Positions 10,117-19,479 of a DNA stretch of 64,000 nt are shown in pieces (the stretch's first letter is position 1; every line of letters starts with the position of its first letter). Under the pieces are notes generated by a model that saw only the letters and a program-made list of their open reading frames with translations, had not been told where the DNA came from and did not search any database. Origin of the DNA: a virus; IMG/VR virus record IMGVR_UViG_3300037141_000177, positions 1-64,000 of that record, one strand, 5' to 3'. Position numbers and translations under genes: made by a program.

Positions 10117-11238
10117 GTGGCCTTTCAGATCAAGAATTTTGTCTCGATCGTCGCTTCGATGGTGAATCGTATAAAGGCGACGCAGACGCAGGTCGACGAT
10201 TTCAACGATGGAGCAATTGGACGTACGCTGGTCGAAGCACCGGCAATTGAAATTGATCAGCTGTACCAGCAGGCGTTCAACCTCGTGAGCGCTGCGATCC
10301 CGGTGTCGGTCTACACGTCGTTCAGTTTTGCTGCACTCCCGTCGCTCACGGCGACCGGCCTGGTGCTGGTGAGCATCGCGGCGCAGCCCATCGTGACGCT
10401 CGTCTCGGCGGGTTCGCAGTTTACGTCCAGCGGGACGCAAAACGTCTATGCCTCGACCGCGGACGTCTTGATACCGGCTGGGAGCACCAGCGCCGAAGTG
10501 CCGGTTTCGGCCACCTCGAGTGGGGCGGCATCAAACCTCGCGAGTGGCAATGTTTTCACGATGACGCCGGCGGCGACTGGACTCGTCGGTGCGACGAACC
10601 TGTCTGCTTTCGTGAGTGGGCGCGATGTCGAAACCGGCCCCCAGCAGTTCATTCGTTTCAACAACTTTATCTCGACACTGCCGCGGGGCACGGTGCCTTC
10701 GCTCTACTATGGCCTGTCGCTCACGTTTATCTCGGACGCCTTCGGGAACCTCATCGAGCGCGTGGTGTTCTCGAGTGTGGTTGAGCCATACGTGCTCGAT
10801 GATACGCAGCCGATCGCTTTGGTTAATGCCTTCATCCACAACGGGGTAGGGAGCACATCAAGTGCGCTCGTCGCTCAGGCTAACAAGATCATTTACGGGT
10901 ACTACCTGGCGAACGGTACCGCTGTCCCGGGCTGGAAGGCAGCAGGCATTCCAGTGATCATCGCGGCTGCGACCGAGGTGCCCCTCGCTGTCACCGGGCG
11001 GCTCACGGCGCTGGCTGGGTACGACCAGCCGACACTCTGCGGCCTGGCAGTGACGGCAATCTTCACGTACCTCCAAAACCTGAACATCGGCGCGACCGCA
11101 TTGTTCGCGGAGATCAGTGCGTTGGTGATGGCTATCCCGGGCGTGTCGAACTTCGTGTTATCGGCACCGGCGCCCGGAGTTGACACTCCGTCGACGCCGA
11201 GCACGAAAATCATGCCTGGCGTGATCGGAGTGACCTGA
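10117..11238 (+). CDS. Baseplate J-like protein
   Basis: DFNDGAIGRTLVEA, VLIPAG, SGRDVET...RGT, AIPGV motifs. Confidence 0.88.
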   Translation: MAFQIKNFVSIVASMVNRIKATQTQVDDFNDGAIGRTLVEAPAIEIDQLYQQAFNLVSAAIPVSVYTSFSFAALPSLTATGLVLVSIAAQPIVTLVSAGSQFTSSGTQNVYASTADVLIPAGSTSAEVPVSATSSGAASNLASGNVFTMTPAATGLVGATNLSAFVSGRDVETGPQQFIRFNNFISTLPRGTVPSLYYGLSLTFISDAFGNLIERVVFSSVVEPYVLDDTQPIALVNAFIHNGVGSTSSALVAQANKIIYGYYLANGTAVPGWKAAGIPVIIAAATEVPLAVTGRLTALAGYDQPTLCGLAVTAIFTYLQNLNIGATALFAEISALVMAIPGVSNFVLSAPAPGVDTPSTPSTKIMPGVIGVT

Positions 11239-11240
11239 CC

Positions 11241-12344
11241 ATGCGGCTCACGAAAACGCTCCTCGGCTACCTGAATCGGGTTTTCAACAAAGACCCGCTT
11301 GCGTACCTCGCTATCCAGCTTGACTACATGGGCGGCATGACATGGGAGGTCGCCGACGGGATATTCACGACCGTCGTTGTCGGTGGCCCCGGCCAGAACC
11401 TCACGGTCGACTTGTCGACATACACCATCGGCGGGCTCGTCGATTATCTTGCCGCGCAGGCTGGTTATTCAACGCCTTACTCGGATCACACCGCCGGCTC
11501 GAACCTGTCCGCGCTGATCCTGCTCGACGGTACCGGCGACATTTCGCTATCGAACGGCGACCACCTGAACGCGTATTCGAACGTGCTGTGGGCGTACATG
11601 GAGGCGAACGCGGCAGAGCTGCAGCTTGCGGAAACGCAGATTCAGAACCTTGCGCTCGAGATGGCGACCACGACCGCAGACTCGGTCTGGCTTGACACGC
11701 TGGGCGGTTACTACAAGGTGCCGCGCCTGGTGAATGAGCTCGACGGCACGTATGGTCCGCGCATCATTGCGCAGGTGCTGCGGCCGGCCAACAACAACGT
11801 GGCCCTCGAGGCCGCGATACAGGTCTACACGGGGCAGTCCGCACTGGTGACCGATGTGGTGCTGCCTGGTGTTACCGGGAATGTCTACAACGGTGCCCAT
11901 GTACACGACGGGTCAATCTTTTACAACGCAGTGTCGACGCCCATCTACGGGCTGTTCGATGTCGCCTATTCCTACGATCTGATCAATGGTGGCGATCTGT
12001 CCACGTTTCAGGCGACCGTGGTCGGTCTGATCAACACCTTGCGTGCGGCCGGCACGCATATGCGCTCGATCTCGCTTCAAGGGTCGGTGCTCGCCGATAC
12101 GCTCACGCCACCGACCGATTCCTTCGGGAACATGAGTGTCGTGCTCGCGCCGGCCGACACGCTCACGCCACCGACCGATTCAGTGTTGGCAGGCGCTGCG
12201 CTCGCGCCTTTTGCGGACACGCTGGTGCAGCCTTCAGATTCCGACACGCTGACGATCAATTACAACTACACGTACAACGGCGTTCGCACATACAACGGGG
12301 CCATCAACCATCAAGGCGGGACGGTTGGCACTGAGCATCTATAG
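11241..12344 (+). CDS. Baseplate wedge protein (gpI-like)
   Basis: TADSVWLDTLGGYYKVPR...E.D..Y..RI motif; follows J. Confidence 0.7.
   Translation: MRLTKTLLGYLNRVFNKDPLAYLAIQLDYMGGMTWEVADGIFTTVVVGGPGQNLTVDLSTYTIGGLVDYLAAQAGYSTPYSDHTAGSNLSALILLDGTGDISLSNGDHLNAYSNVLWAYMEANAAELQLAETQIQNLALEMATTTADSVWLDTLGGYYKVPRLVNELDGTYGPRIIAQVLRPANNNVALEAAIQVYTGQSALVTDVVLPGVTGNVYNGAHVHDGSIFYNAVSTPIYGLFDVAYSYDLINGGDLSTFQATVVGLINTLRAAGTHMRSISLQGSVLADTLTPPTDSFGNMSVVLAPADTLTPPTDSVLAGAALAPFADTLVQPSDSDTLTINYNYTYNGVRTYNGAINHQGGTVGTEHL
12093..12242 (+). repeat. Intragenic 60-bp period repeat (ADTLTPPTDS x2 plus degenerate third)
   Basis: GCCGAYACGCTCACGCCACCGACCGATTC at 12093 and 12153; degenerate copy at 12213. Confidence 0.8.
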
Positions 12345-12348
12345 CGGG

Positions 12349-12364
12349 GTCGTGACGCCAGACT
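12349..12364 (+). promoter_or_regulatory. Candidate phage late promoter
   Basis: GTCGTGACGCCAGACT before ATG 12377. Confidence 0.7.
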
Positions 12365-12376
12365 GAACCTCACAAT

Positions 12377-12841
12377 ATGGAGGTTCGCGTGAAGATTCGC
12401 TTTAGGGACAAACTTAAGAAAGGACCGACGGGCGTGCTGTCCTACAGCGTGTTCCGCAATGGCGTACTGATCGAGGAAGTGGAAGATCACAACCTGATCG
12501 TCGTCGGTTCGCAAGCCACGCACGCGAACCTGCTCGGTGGCAACGTGGCAAACAGAAGCCTCACGCAGATCGGGTTCGGTACGAATGCCGCAGCGGTGGC
12601 GTTTGCCAACACGGCGCTCACCGGAGCGTACGTCAATAACCTCGCTGCGCCGCTCTATCCAGCGTCCAATCAGGTGAGTTTCGGGTTCGCGCTTGGCACC
12701 GCAGAAGCGAATGGGATCGCCATTTCGGAGTTCGGAATGTTGACCGCCGGAGGCGTGCTGTATTCGCGTCTGGTTAGGGCGCTCCCCCTTAACAAGGGGC
12801 CGGACTTGAGTATGTCCGGATCGTGGACAATCTCTTTCTAA
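12377..12841 (+). CDS. Tail/baseplate structural protein (fibre-attachment type)
   Basis: HNLIV...IGFG...EANGIAISEFG...WTISF motif seen upstream of phage fibres. Confidence 0.65.
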   Translation: MEVRVKIRFRDKLKKGPTGVLSYSVFRNGVLIEEVEDHNLIVVGSQATHANLLGGNVANRSLTQIGFGTNAAAVAFANTALTGAYVNNLAAPLYPASNQVSFGFALGTAEANGIAISEFGMLTAGGVLYSRLVRALPLNKGPDLSMSGSWTISF

Positions 12842-12860
12842 ACGTTGAGATGAACGGGGT

Positions 12861-13679
12861 ATGAAAAGGTGTTGTGACTGCAATTTAGACTTGCCACGCG
12901 AAAACTTTTCAAAGCGATCTGTCGCGAAGGATGGCCTGAAGCCGTGCTGTAAGTCTTGCGACAGCGCTTATATGCGCGCGCGGCGGATCGCTGATCCCGA
13001 AGGAGAGCGCCTTCGAGTTAACACCTATCGGTTAGCCAATGACGCGAAGGTAAAAGCGCGGAAAAAGGTGAGCTACGATCTTGCAGACCCAATTGTCCGT
13101 AAGGAAAAGGGCCGCGCATATTACGAGGCTAACAAAGAGGCGCTGGCCGTGCGACAGCGCGCCTACGCCGTAAAAAACGCAGTGACCGTCGCAGCGGGCC
13201 ATGCCGCCTACTACCGGCAAAACAAGGCTCGCCTCATCGCGCATGGCGCCGCCTATAACAAAACAAACCCTGACGTCCGCAAGCGCGCGCAATCAAACTA
13301 TTCTGAAAAGAATCGTGTTTCTATAAGTGCGAAAGGTGCCGCCTACAGGCGCGCCAATCCGGAGAAGAATTTCGAACGCGGACGAAAGTGGCGGCTCGCA
13401 AACAACGCGCTGGTTAATTCCTACGGGATTCAGAGGCGTGGAATGCGGCTGAAGCGGACTTTGCTTCACGATGCTGAGTTACTTGGTCTGGTCGTGCGCG
13501 AAGGCTATGACGTAGCCCTTCTCCGCGAGGCAGCGACTGGCATCAAATGGGAGCTTGATCATACCGTCCCGCTTCAAAGCAAGCTCGTATCGGGGCTTCA
13601 CAACGAGCACAACCTGCAGGTCATTACCCGTTTCGAGAACCGCAGCAAATCAAACCGTCATTGGCCTGATATGCCATAA
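12861..13679 (+). CDS. HNH endonuclease (freestanding, homing-type)
   Basis: N-terminal CxxC...CKxC, basic helical repeats, C-terminal DHTVPL...GLH..HNLQVI...N..K.N. Confidence 0.88.
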   Translation: MKRCCDCNLDLPRENFSKRSVAKDGLKPCCKSCDSAYMRARRIADPEGERLRVNTYRLANDAKVKARKKVSYDLADPIVRKEKGRAYYEANKEALAVRQRAYAVKNAVTVAAGHAAYYRQNKARLIAHGAAYNKTNPDVRKRAQSNYSEKNRVSISAKGAAYRRANPEKNFERGRKWRLANNALVNSYGIQRRGMRLKRTLLHDAELLGLVVREGYDVALLREAATGIKWELDHTVPLQSKLVSGLHNEHNLQVITRFENRSKSNRHWPDMP

Positions 13680-13695
13680 GTCGTGACGCCATGCT
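13680..13695 (+). promoter_or_regulatory. Candidate phage late promoter
   Basis: GTCGTGACGCCATGCT abutting the HNH stop, before fibre ATG 13719. Confidence 0.65.
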
Positions 13696-13718
13696 GTCCT
13701 GAACGCTAAGGGACAGAC

Positions 13719-15632
13719 ATGGCAAGCCAACCAGAAGTCAGCAACTACGACGTAGGCGTTTATCAGCTTCAAACTTCTGACGGGGTTCAGGGTGGCCTCG
13801 GCGGTGCCAGCAACACGCCGCTGTTGAACCTTGCGAACCGCACGAACTGGCTTTACACCCAGCTCAATCTCGTCATATCGGGTGCCACGATCCCGCCGAC
13901 AGTAGCGGCGTTGCTCAGTCCGATCTTCAGCGGCTCGCCGACTTCGCCGACCCCGGCACTTGGTGACAACTCGCTCAAGCTGGCCACCACGGCGTTCGTG
14001 CAGGGCACGGTGAATGGGGCCTTGTCGCTGAGTGTCGCCGGCGGGGTGAACGTCAGCCTCAGTGCGGTTCAAGCGGGTAACGGGATACTGATCCTATCGG
14101 GCGCGTTGACGGCCAATATCGCCGTGATTGTGCCGTCCGCATCGCGTAAATGGATTGTCCAGAACCTGACAACCGGTGCCTTCACGCTCACGGTTAAAAC
14201 GGCGTGTGGCGGTGGGATCGCGATCACTCAGGGCAATACGCAGACGGTCTGGTGCGATGGCATCAGTGTCTTTCTCGCGTCGAACGACTTCCCGAGCGTT
14301 GCACTGCTCGGCACGCCTACATCGCCCACTCCACCGGTCGGCGACCAGTCGACGCGTATTGCCACGACCGGCTTCGCCTACACGCTGAAGAACGGCGTCG
14401 TGTCCGTGCCGGTTGGTGGCAACGTCGACGTGACGCTCACGCCTGCTCAGTACGGCGTGGGCATCCTGTTGCTGACTGGCGTGCTCACCGGGCCGATTAA
14501 CCTGATCGTGCCTGCGCAGGGCGGCACCTACGTCGTTGCCAACAATACGACCGGCGCGTTCGCACTCAACGTGGGGGCGGGTGGGGCAGGGACTAAGGCG
14601 CTCGTGCCACAGGGTTCCTCTGTCGTCGCCTACTGCGATGCGACGAACGTCGTGCTCGCGGGTGCCGCGGCGACGAGTTCGTTCTCGCTCTACACGTTCA
14701 CGGCGACCGCCGGGCAGACCGCATTCAACGCACCGTACACGCCTGGAAACATCGTTTTCATGCAAAACGGCGCCGTGCTGTCGCCGCTAAATTACACAGC
14801 GATCAACGGTGCAAACGTCACGCTTAATGTCGGGGCGACGCTCAACGACGACGTGTCGATCATCGCCTTTGCATCGTTCACCGTAGCAAACGCGCTGCTG
14901 CTCGCCGGCGGCACGATGGCGGGGCCGATCATTCATGCGGGGGGCGACACGGGTGTGACGCCCGCGCAGTTCAATAACTCGACGTTGCTTGCGACGACGG
15001 CATGGGTGACACAGTTAGGGAATATTGCGAGCGGCGTCTATCCGTACAACGCGAATACCGGAATCCCCGGGTCGGCGATTGGCGGCTTGGTTTATGCGTA
15101 CGGCAGCGCCGCGCTGGCTTTCAACCTCCCAGGCTCCGCTGCCTTTGGAATCCCGGTTGGTGCGCAGATAACAGTCCTCAACGCAGCTTCGCTGGCGATG
15201 ACCTTGTCCTCTGTGGGCACGGACAAAATCAACATTGGGTCCGTTCAGACTGCGGCCATCATCATTCAGCCTAACGACACCATTACCCTGACCTGGAATG
15301 CAACGTCATGGTTCGCCTCTGGCGGCGCCACGATGTTGACGAAATCAGGGTTGTTCGCCTCGTCCATAGCTGCACCTGGATGGCAGAAGCTTCCGAGCGG
15401 TCTGATTATTCAGTGGGGGAGTTACACCACGTCTTCTCAGAGCATCGGCGTGACGTTTCCGCTGGCGTTCCCGTCCGCCTGCCTCTCGCTGGCGATGAGC
15501 GGGAATACTTTGACTTCCGCCGCAATGGTCGGGACTACCTCAATCTCCAGGACGGGATTTACCGCCGTTAGTTATGCGTCGGGCGGCACTTATGTGGCGG
15601 TGACTTCTAGCTACATTGCTATCGGATTTTAA
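13719..15632 (+). CDS. Tail fibre protein
   Basis: LANRT N-terminus, GSPTSPTP..GDNS.KLATTAFV repeats, C-terminal GWQKLPSGLIIQWG...FPLAFP domain. Confidence 0.92.
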   Translation: MASQPEVSNYDVGVYQLQTSDGVQGGLGGASNTPLLNLANRTNWLYTQLNLVISGATIPPTVAALLSPIFSGSPTSPTPALGDNSLKLATTAFVQGTVNGALSLSVAGGVNVSLSAVQAGNGILILSGALTANIAVIVPSASRKWIVQNLTTGAFTLTVKTACGGGIAITQGNTQTVWCDGISVFLASNDFPSVALLGTPTSPTPPVGDQSTRIATTGFAYTLKNGVVSVPVGGNVDVTLTPAQYGVGILLLTGVLTGPINLIVPAQGGTYVVANNTTGAFALNVGAGGAGTKALVPQGSSVVAYCDATNVVLAGAAATSSFSLYTFTATAGQTAFNAPYTPGNIVFMQNGAVLSPLNYTAINGANVTLNVGATLNDDVSIIAFASFTVANALLLAGGTMAGPIIHAGGDTGVTPAQFNNSTLLATTAWVTQLGNIASGVYPYNANTGIPGSAIGGLVYAYGSAALAFNLPGSAAFGIPVGAQITVLNAASLAMTLSSVGTDKINIGSVQTAAIIIQPNDTITLTWNATSWFASGGATMLTKSGLFASSIAAPGWQKLPSGLIIQWGSYTTSSQSIGVTFPLAFPSACLSLAMSGNTLTSAAMVGTTSISRTGFTAVSYASGGTYVAVTSSYIAIGF

Positions 15633-15634
15633 AC

Positions 15635-16075
15635 ATGAGCCAAAAATACGCACATCTTGACGTCGATCGCTTTGTCATTGGCTTCTATGCCGATGACTTT
15701 CATGAAGCGCATCAGATTCCCGCTGGCGCGGTCGAAATTGATGACGAGCACCACGTCGCGCTCCTCGAGGGGCAGTCGGTCGGTAAGCGCATGAAGCTCG
15801 ACGCGAAGGGTCAGGCGTTGCTTGTGGATCCGGCACCGCCGACGAGCGACGAGCTGGCTACCGCGTTGCGAGGGCGACGCGATGCCGCTCTCGCGGCCAC
15901 CGACTGGCTTGTCTCGCGCCATCAAGACGAGACGCTGTTCTCAGCCAAGACGACACTCACGAAAGCACAGGGAGACGCGCTCGGTGCGTACCGAAAGGCG
16001 TTGCGTGATCTGCCTGCGGTGAAAGCGTTCCCGTCCGTCGATCTTCCCGCTGCACCTGACTTCATCGGAGCCTAA
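15635..16075 (+). CDS. Tail fibre assembly chaperone
   Basis: GFY...IPAGAVEI, RDAALAATDW, YRKALRDLP motifs. Confidence 0.85.
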   Translation: MSQKYAHLDVDRFVIGFYADDFHEAHQIPAGAVEIDDEHHVALLEGQSVGKRMKLDAKGQALLVDPAPPTSDELATALRGRRDAALAATDWLVSRHQDETLFSAKTTLTKAQGDALGAYRKALRDLPAVKAFPSVDLPAAPDFIGA

Positions 16076-16078
16076 GCC

Positions 16079-16849
16079 ATGAGCCGTTCTGCAATCCTCG
16101 CGCAATTGGCATCCATGCTGCTTCCAGACGCGCTGGGGAACATCCTTCTGCCGCAGTCGCCGCCGCAGTTCGATAACTCGTTGAAGCTGGTAACCACGGC
16201 TGCGATGAAGGCTGCTGGCAATCAAGCATCCGGCGTGTACCCGTATAACGTCAATACCGGTATCCCTGCTTCGTGCATGGGCGGCCTTGTGTATGCGTAC
16301 GGATCTAGTTCTCTCTCCTTTAACCTTCCGGGCGCTGGGGCTGCTGGGTTCCCGATTGGCGCGGAAATTACGATCCTCAACGCCAGTTCGCAGCCGATGA
16401 CGTTGTCGGCCGTAGGAACAGACAAGATCAACTTCGGCGCTTCGCAAGTAGGGTCCGTCATCATTCCGGTGAACGACGTCCTTACGCTGGCCTGGAATGC
16501 GTCGTCTTGGTTCGCTTCTAGCGGCGGCGTAATGCTGCAGTATTCTGCATTGTTTGCGGCGAGCCTTGTTCAAGCCTCTGGCTATCAGAAACTTCCGAGT
16601 GGGCTGATTATCGAGTGGGGTATCAGTCAGGCCATTACCAATGGAGCGGGTCCGACTTCAGTTTTGTATCCACTCGCGTTTCCGCATGCTCCTCTGGTCG
16701 TTTTGGCGAACTATGGCAACTCATCGGGCGCAGCGGGCGGAAACGGGAACCCTTGTAACGCTTATCCGACCGCTTCGACTTCCGCTTTCGCCATCGTCAA
16801 TAGCGGTGCGGCGCTTGCTCAGTACAACTTCATCGCACTCGGGAGCTAG
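16079..16849 (+). CDS. Second, short tail fibre paralogous to the C-terminus of the main fibre
   Basis: Shares QF.NS, SGVYPYN.NTGIP, GGLVYAYGS, VGTDKIN, QKLPSGLII.WG with 13719-15632. Confidence 0.85.
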   Translation: MSRSAILAQLASMLLPDALGNILLPQSPPQFDNSLKLVTTAAMKAAGNQASGVYPYNVNTGIPASCMGGLVYAYGSSSLSFNLPGAGAAGFPIGAEITILNASSQPMTLSAVGTDKINFGASQVGSVIIPVNDVLTLAWNASSWFASSGGVMLQYSALFAASLVQASGYQKLPSGLIIEWGISQAITNGAGPTSVLYPLAFPHAPLVVLANYGNSSGAAGGNGNPCNAYPTASTSAFAIVNSGAALAQYNFIALGS

Positions 16850-16851
16850 GC

Positions 16852-17403
16852 ATGGGTCAAAAATATGCGGCGTACGATTCAACTGGCGCAATCGTCGGGT
16901 TCTACGACTCGATAGACAGCCCTGTCCCGGACGGCGTCAGCGCGATCAAAATCACCGATGCGCAGTGGCAGGCGTGCTTTAACAATCAGGGCGCATTCGT
17001 CGTTGTGAATAATGCGATCGCCGCGGCTCCGCCTCCCGATCCTACGATTCTCCTGGTTGCCACCCAAGCGATTGTTAAACAGGCGGTGCGCGACTGGCGT
17101 GATGCATTGTTGTTGCTGACGCCGTTTAGCGGCAAGTTCGTCCAGTCGGACCTCACTTCGAAAATCCAGATCATGAACATCGTGAATTTGGGTTCGTTGC
17201 CGCCTTACGCAACCTATTGGCGCACTAATGACAATTCGTACATGGTGATGACATTCGAGATTTTTGTTTCGCTGATGGCAACGATTATGAACCGCGAGGG
17301 TGCGGCCTACGGAGTGTCCGCGCTGATGCAGGACGCAATCGATAAGTTGACCACGACTGATGCGGTCAACGCCTTCGATATTAATGTGGGGTGGCCGCTG
17401 TGA
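16852..17403 (+). CDS. Second fibre assembly chaperone (DUF4376-like)
   Basis: KYAAYD..G.IVGFYDS N-terminus, WRT.DN motif, terminal WP. Confidence 0.7.
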   Translation: MGQKYAAYDSTGAIVGFYDSIDSPVPDGVSAIKITDAQWQACFNNQGAFVVVNNAIAAAPPPDPTILLVATQAIVKQAVRDWRDALLLLTPFSGKFVQSDLTSKIQIMNIVNLGSLPPYATYWRTNDNSYMVMTFEIFVSLMATIMNREGAAYGVSALMQDAIDKLTTTDAVNAFDINVGWPL

Positions 17404-17909
17404 ATTACGACGACGCACGCGCATTAATCAAGACGAATGACATGATCGCCGTGCGTCGGCGCACGGGCTTTCTCGCCATCGCTACGCGCATTGTGACGCG
17501 CAGTCCATACACGCACACCGGCATCGCTTTCTGGACTCAGGGACGGCTCATGATCGCGCAGTCGAATGCGGGCGGCTGCAATATCGTGCCGCTCTCGCAG
17601 GAAGCGATCTATGACTTCGATGTGTTCGACTGTCCGCCAGCGGCCGTCGATGTGGAAACTTGGGTATGGAGCACGCTGGGTGCGCGCATTGGGTATGGCT
17701 ACCTCGATCTGGTACGCATCGCCGCGTTCATCCTGTTCAAGATACCGCTGCCTGTGCATGACGGCGACGATCTGGTCTGCTCCGCGCTGTCCGCGTTGAT
17801 CTATCAAAAGGCGGGATGGTTGCCGGTCGGTCTGCCGTCGATCCCGTGGCCTGCGGCAGTGGTGACGGCGTTCGTGAATCCCGCGCGCATCGAAGTGCGA
17901 ATCCCTTGA
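17391..17909 (+). CDS. Permuted papain-like NlpC/P60 (YiiX/C92-like) protein
   Basis: TRSPYTHTGI (His) preceding GY.YLDL and LVCSAL (Cys). Confidence 0.75.
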   Translation: MAAVNYDDARALIKTNDMIAVRRRTGFLAIATRIVTRSPYTHTGIAFWTQGRLMIAQSNAGGCNIVPLSQEAIYDFDVFDCPPAAVDVETWVWSTLGARIGYGYLDLVRIAAFILFKIPLPVHDGDDLVCSALSALIYQKAGWLPVGLPSIPWPAAVVTAFVNPARIEVRIP

Positions 17910-17930
17910 AAATTCTTTGCGCCAGTAAAC

Positions 17931-17955
17931 AAAGCCGCCCTCGCGCGGCTTTTTT
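17931..17955 (+). terminator. Intrinsic terminator ending the tail operon
   Basis: AAAGCCGC-CCTCGC-GCGGCTTTTTT. Confidence 0.8.
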
Positions 17956-17960
17956 CTTGT

Positions 17961-17976
17961 GTCGTGACGCCAGACT
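17961..17976 (+). promoter_or_regulatory. Candidate late promoter of the lysis cassette
   Basis: GTCGTGACGCCAGACT immediately after the terminator. Confidence 0.7.
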
Positions 17977-18059
17977 CAAATCGTGCGTAAGGCGCACATC
18001 GAGGCGGTTGAGGCGGACGTTAAGAAGCTTGGTTAGTGGGTCGGTTCAGGGAGCACTTC

Positions 18060-18752
18060 ATGGATGGTAAAGACGCCCGTCGCAGCGCCATCGAAGGTCC
18101 GGAGTGGTCGCTCGAATCATTGGAAATTTTTCTCACGAAAATATCTAACGAGCGTGATCGAACCTATCAGCAGCGCTGGGAAGCTTCAGAGAAGGCCACA
18201 GTAACGGCGCTGAACGCCGCGAAGGAAGCCGTCGCCGCTGCGCTGCTGGCGCAAAAAGAAGCGGTTACGACCGCCTTCACTGCGCAGGAGAAAGCGGTTG
18301 CGGCGGCGCTAACGGCGGCAGAGCGTGCGGTATCAAAAGCCGAGACCGCATCAGAAAAACGCTTCGACTCGATCAACGAGTTTCAGTCCCAGCTTACCAA
18401 TCAAGCGACTACGTTTTTGCCTCGGGCTGAATTTGATCGGACCTTGCGAGCCATGTCCGACAAGCTCGACATCATGGCCGCAACACTGGCGGATAAAACG
18501 GACACCAGTTCCAAGGCTTTAGAGGAAAGGATCCAGTCGTCCGCGCGTGCTCTGGACGCCAAAAGCGACGCGAACGCGCTGAAAATCGACTCGAACAACA
18601 AGGCGTTCGGAGCACGCCTCGATGACTTGCGCACGTTCAAGGATTCGAGTTCCGGCCGCTCGCAGGGACTCAATGCGGGCTGGTCCTATTTACTCGGACT
18701 GGTTGCTTTGATCGGTACGTTGGTGACGATTATCTTGGTGATCAAACGATGA
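18060..18752 (+). CDS. Coiled-coil protein with C-terminal membrane anchor (lysis-associated)
   Basis: AAKEAV/AQKEAV/AQEKAV repeats; single C-terminal TM; first gene of lysis cassette. Confidence 0.6.
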   Translation: MDGKDARRSAIEGPEWSLESLEIFLTKISNERDRTYQQRWEASEKATVTALNAAKEAVAAALLAQKEAVTTAFTAQEKAVAAALTAAERAVSKAETASEKRFDSINEFQSQLTNQATTFLPRAEFDRTLRAMSDKLDIMAATLADKTDTSSKALEERIQSSARALDAKSDANALKIDSNNKAFGARLDDLRTFKDSSSGRSQGLNAGWSYLLGLVALIGTLVTIILVIKR

Positions 18753-18961
18753 ATATTCGCCTGATTGATGACATACGCCACATCCACACGTTCTACTCGT
18801 TTTGGGCGTTCGTTGCGATCTTCGGATTCTCGACGCTCGAGGCGGCGGCTCCGCTCTTGCAGGCATGGGTGCCGGTATGGGTGTATCCGCCCGTCTTGGG
18901 CCTGCTGGCGATAGCAGGCGCGCTCGTGCGCTGCATCAAGCAGGATCCGCCGCATGCCTGA
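18749..18961 (+). CDS. Holin (probable pinholin)
   Basis: 70 aa with two TM segments, directly before endolysin. Confidence 0.75.
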   Translation: MNIRLIDDIRHIHTFYSFWAFVAIFGFSTLEAAAPLLQAWVPVWVYPPVLGLLAIAGALVRCIKQDPPHA

Positions 18962-19478
18962 TCCGATCCCCACACGCGGCCCGGTATCGAAGCGCACGCT
19001 GGTCGCGATCGTCGGGGCGGGCGCCGCGGCGATCGTCTTGGGAATCTCGAGCACGCACGAGGGTGTGCGCCTCACGCCGTACGACGACGTGCTGGGCGGT
19101 CATGTGGCGTCGGTGTGCTTTGGCGAGACGAACGTCGCCATGCGCCGGTACACGCTGGGCGAATGCAAGCAGTTGCTCGCTACCAGCCTGGCGGGGTACG
19201 CGGCCGGTGTGCAAGCCTCGACACCTGGATTCGACGCGCTCACGGACGGGCAGAAAGCCGCGGCGATCGACTTCGCGTACAACGCGGGGCTGGGCACCTG
19301 GCAGGTGTCCAGTATCCGCAACGCGTACGCGCGGCATGATTTCCCGGCCGCGTGTCAGCGCTTCATGCTTTACACCTTCACGAATCACGGCAAGATCGAT
19401 TGCAACATCGCGGCCAACAAATGCGCCGGCATTCCCGCCCGTCGCCGTGCTGAACGGTCCGCTTGCCTCGGAGACTGA
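18954..19478 (+). CDS. SAR endolysin (GH24 lysozyme)
   Basis: Ala/Gly-rich N-terminal TM; HEGVRLTPYDD, CFGET, DFAYNAG, RRRAE motifs. Confidence 0.92.
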   Translation: MPDPIPTRGPVSKRTLVAIVGAGAAAIVLGISSTHEGVRLTPYDDVLGGHVASVCFGETNVAMRRYTLGECKQLLATSLAGYAAGVQASTPGFDALTDGQKAAAIDFAYNAGLGTWQVSSIRNAYARHDFPAACQRFMLYTFTNHGKIDCNIAANKCAGIPARRRAERSACLGD

Positions 19479-19479
19479 C

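Noticed and set aside
13719-17403. Invertible fibre cassette or diversity-generating retroelement
   Set aside because: Paralogues are codirectional, with no invertase, inverted crossover sites or reverse transcriptase; differences are not adenine-specific
18802-19479. 389-aa ORF spanning holin and endolysin
   Set aside because: Upstream part is an off-frame extension; the spanin plausibly starts at ATG 19480 with SD GGAG
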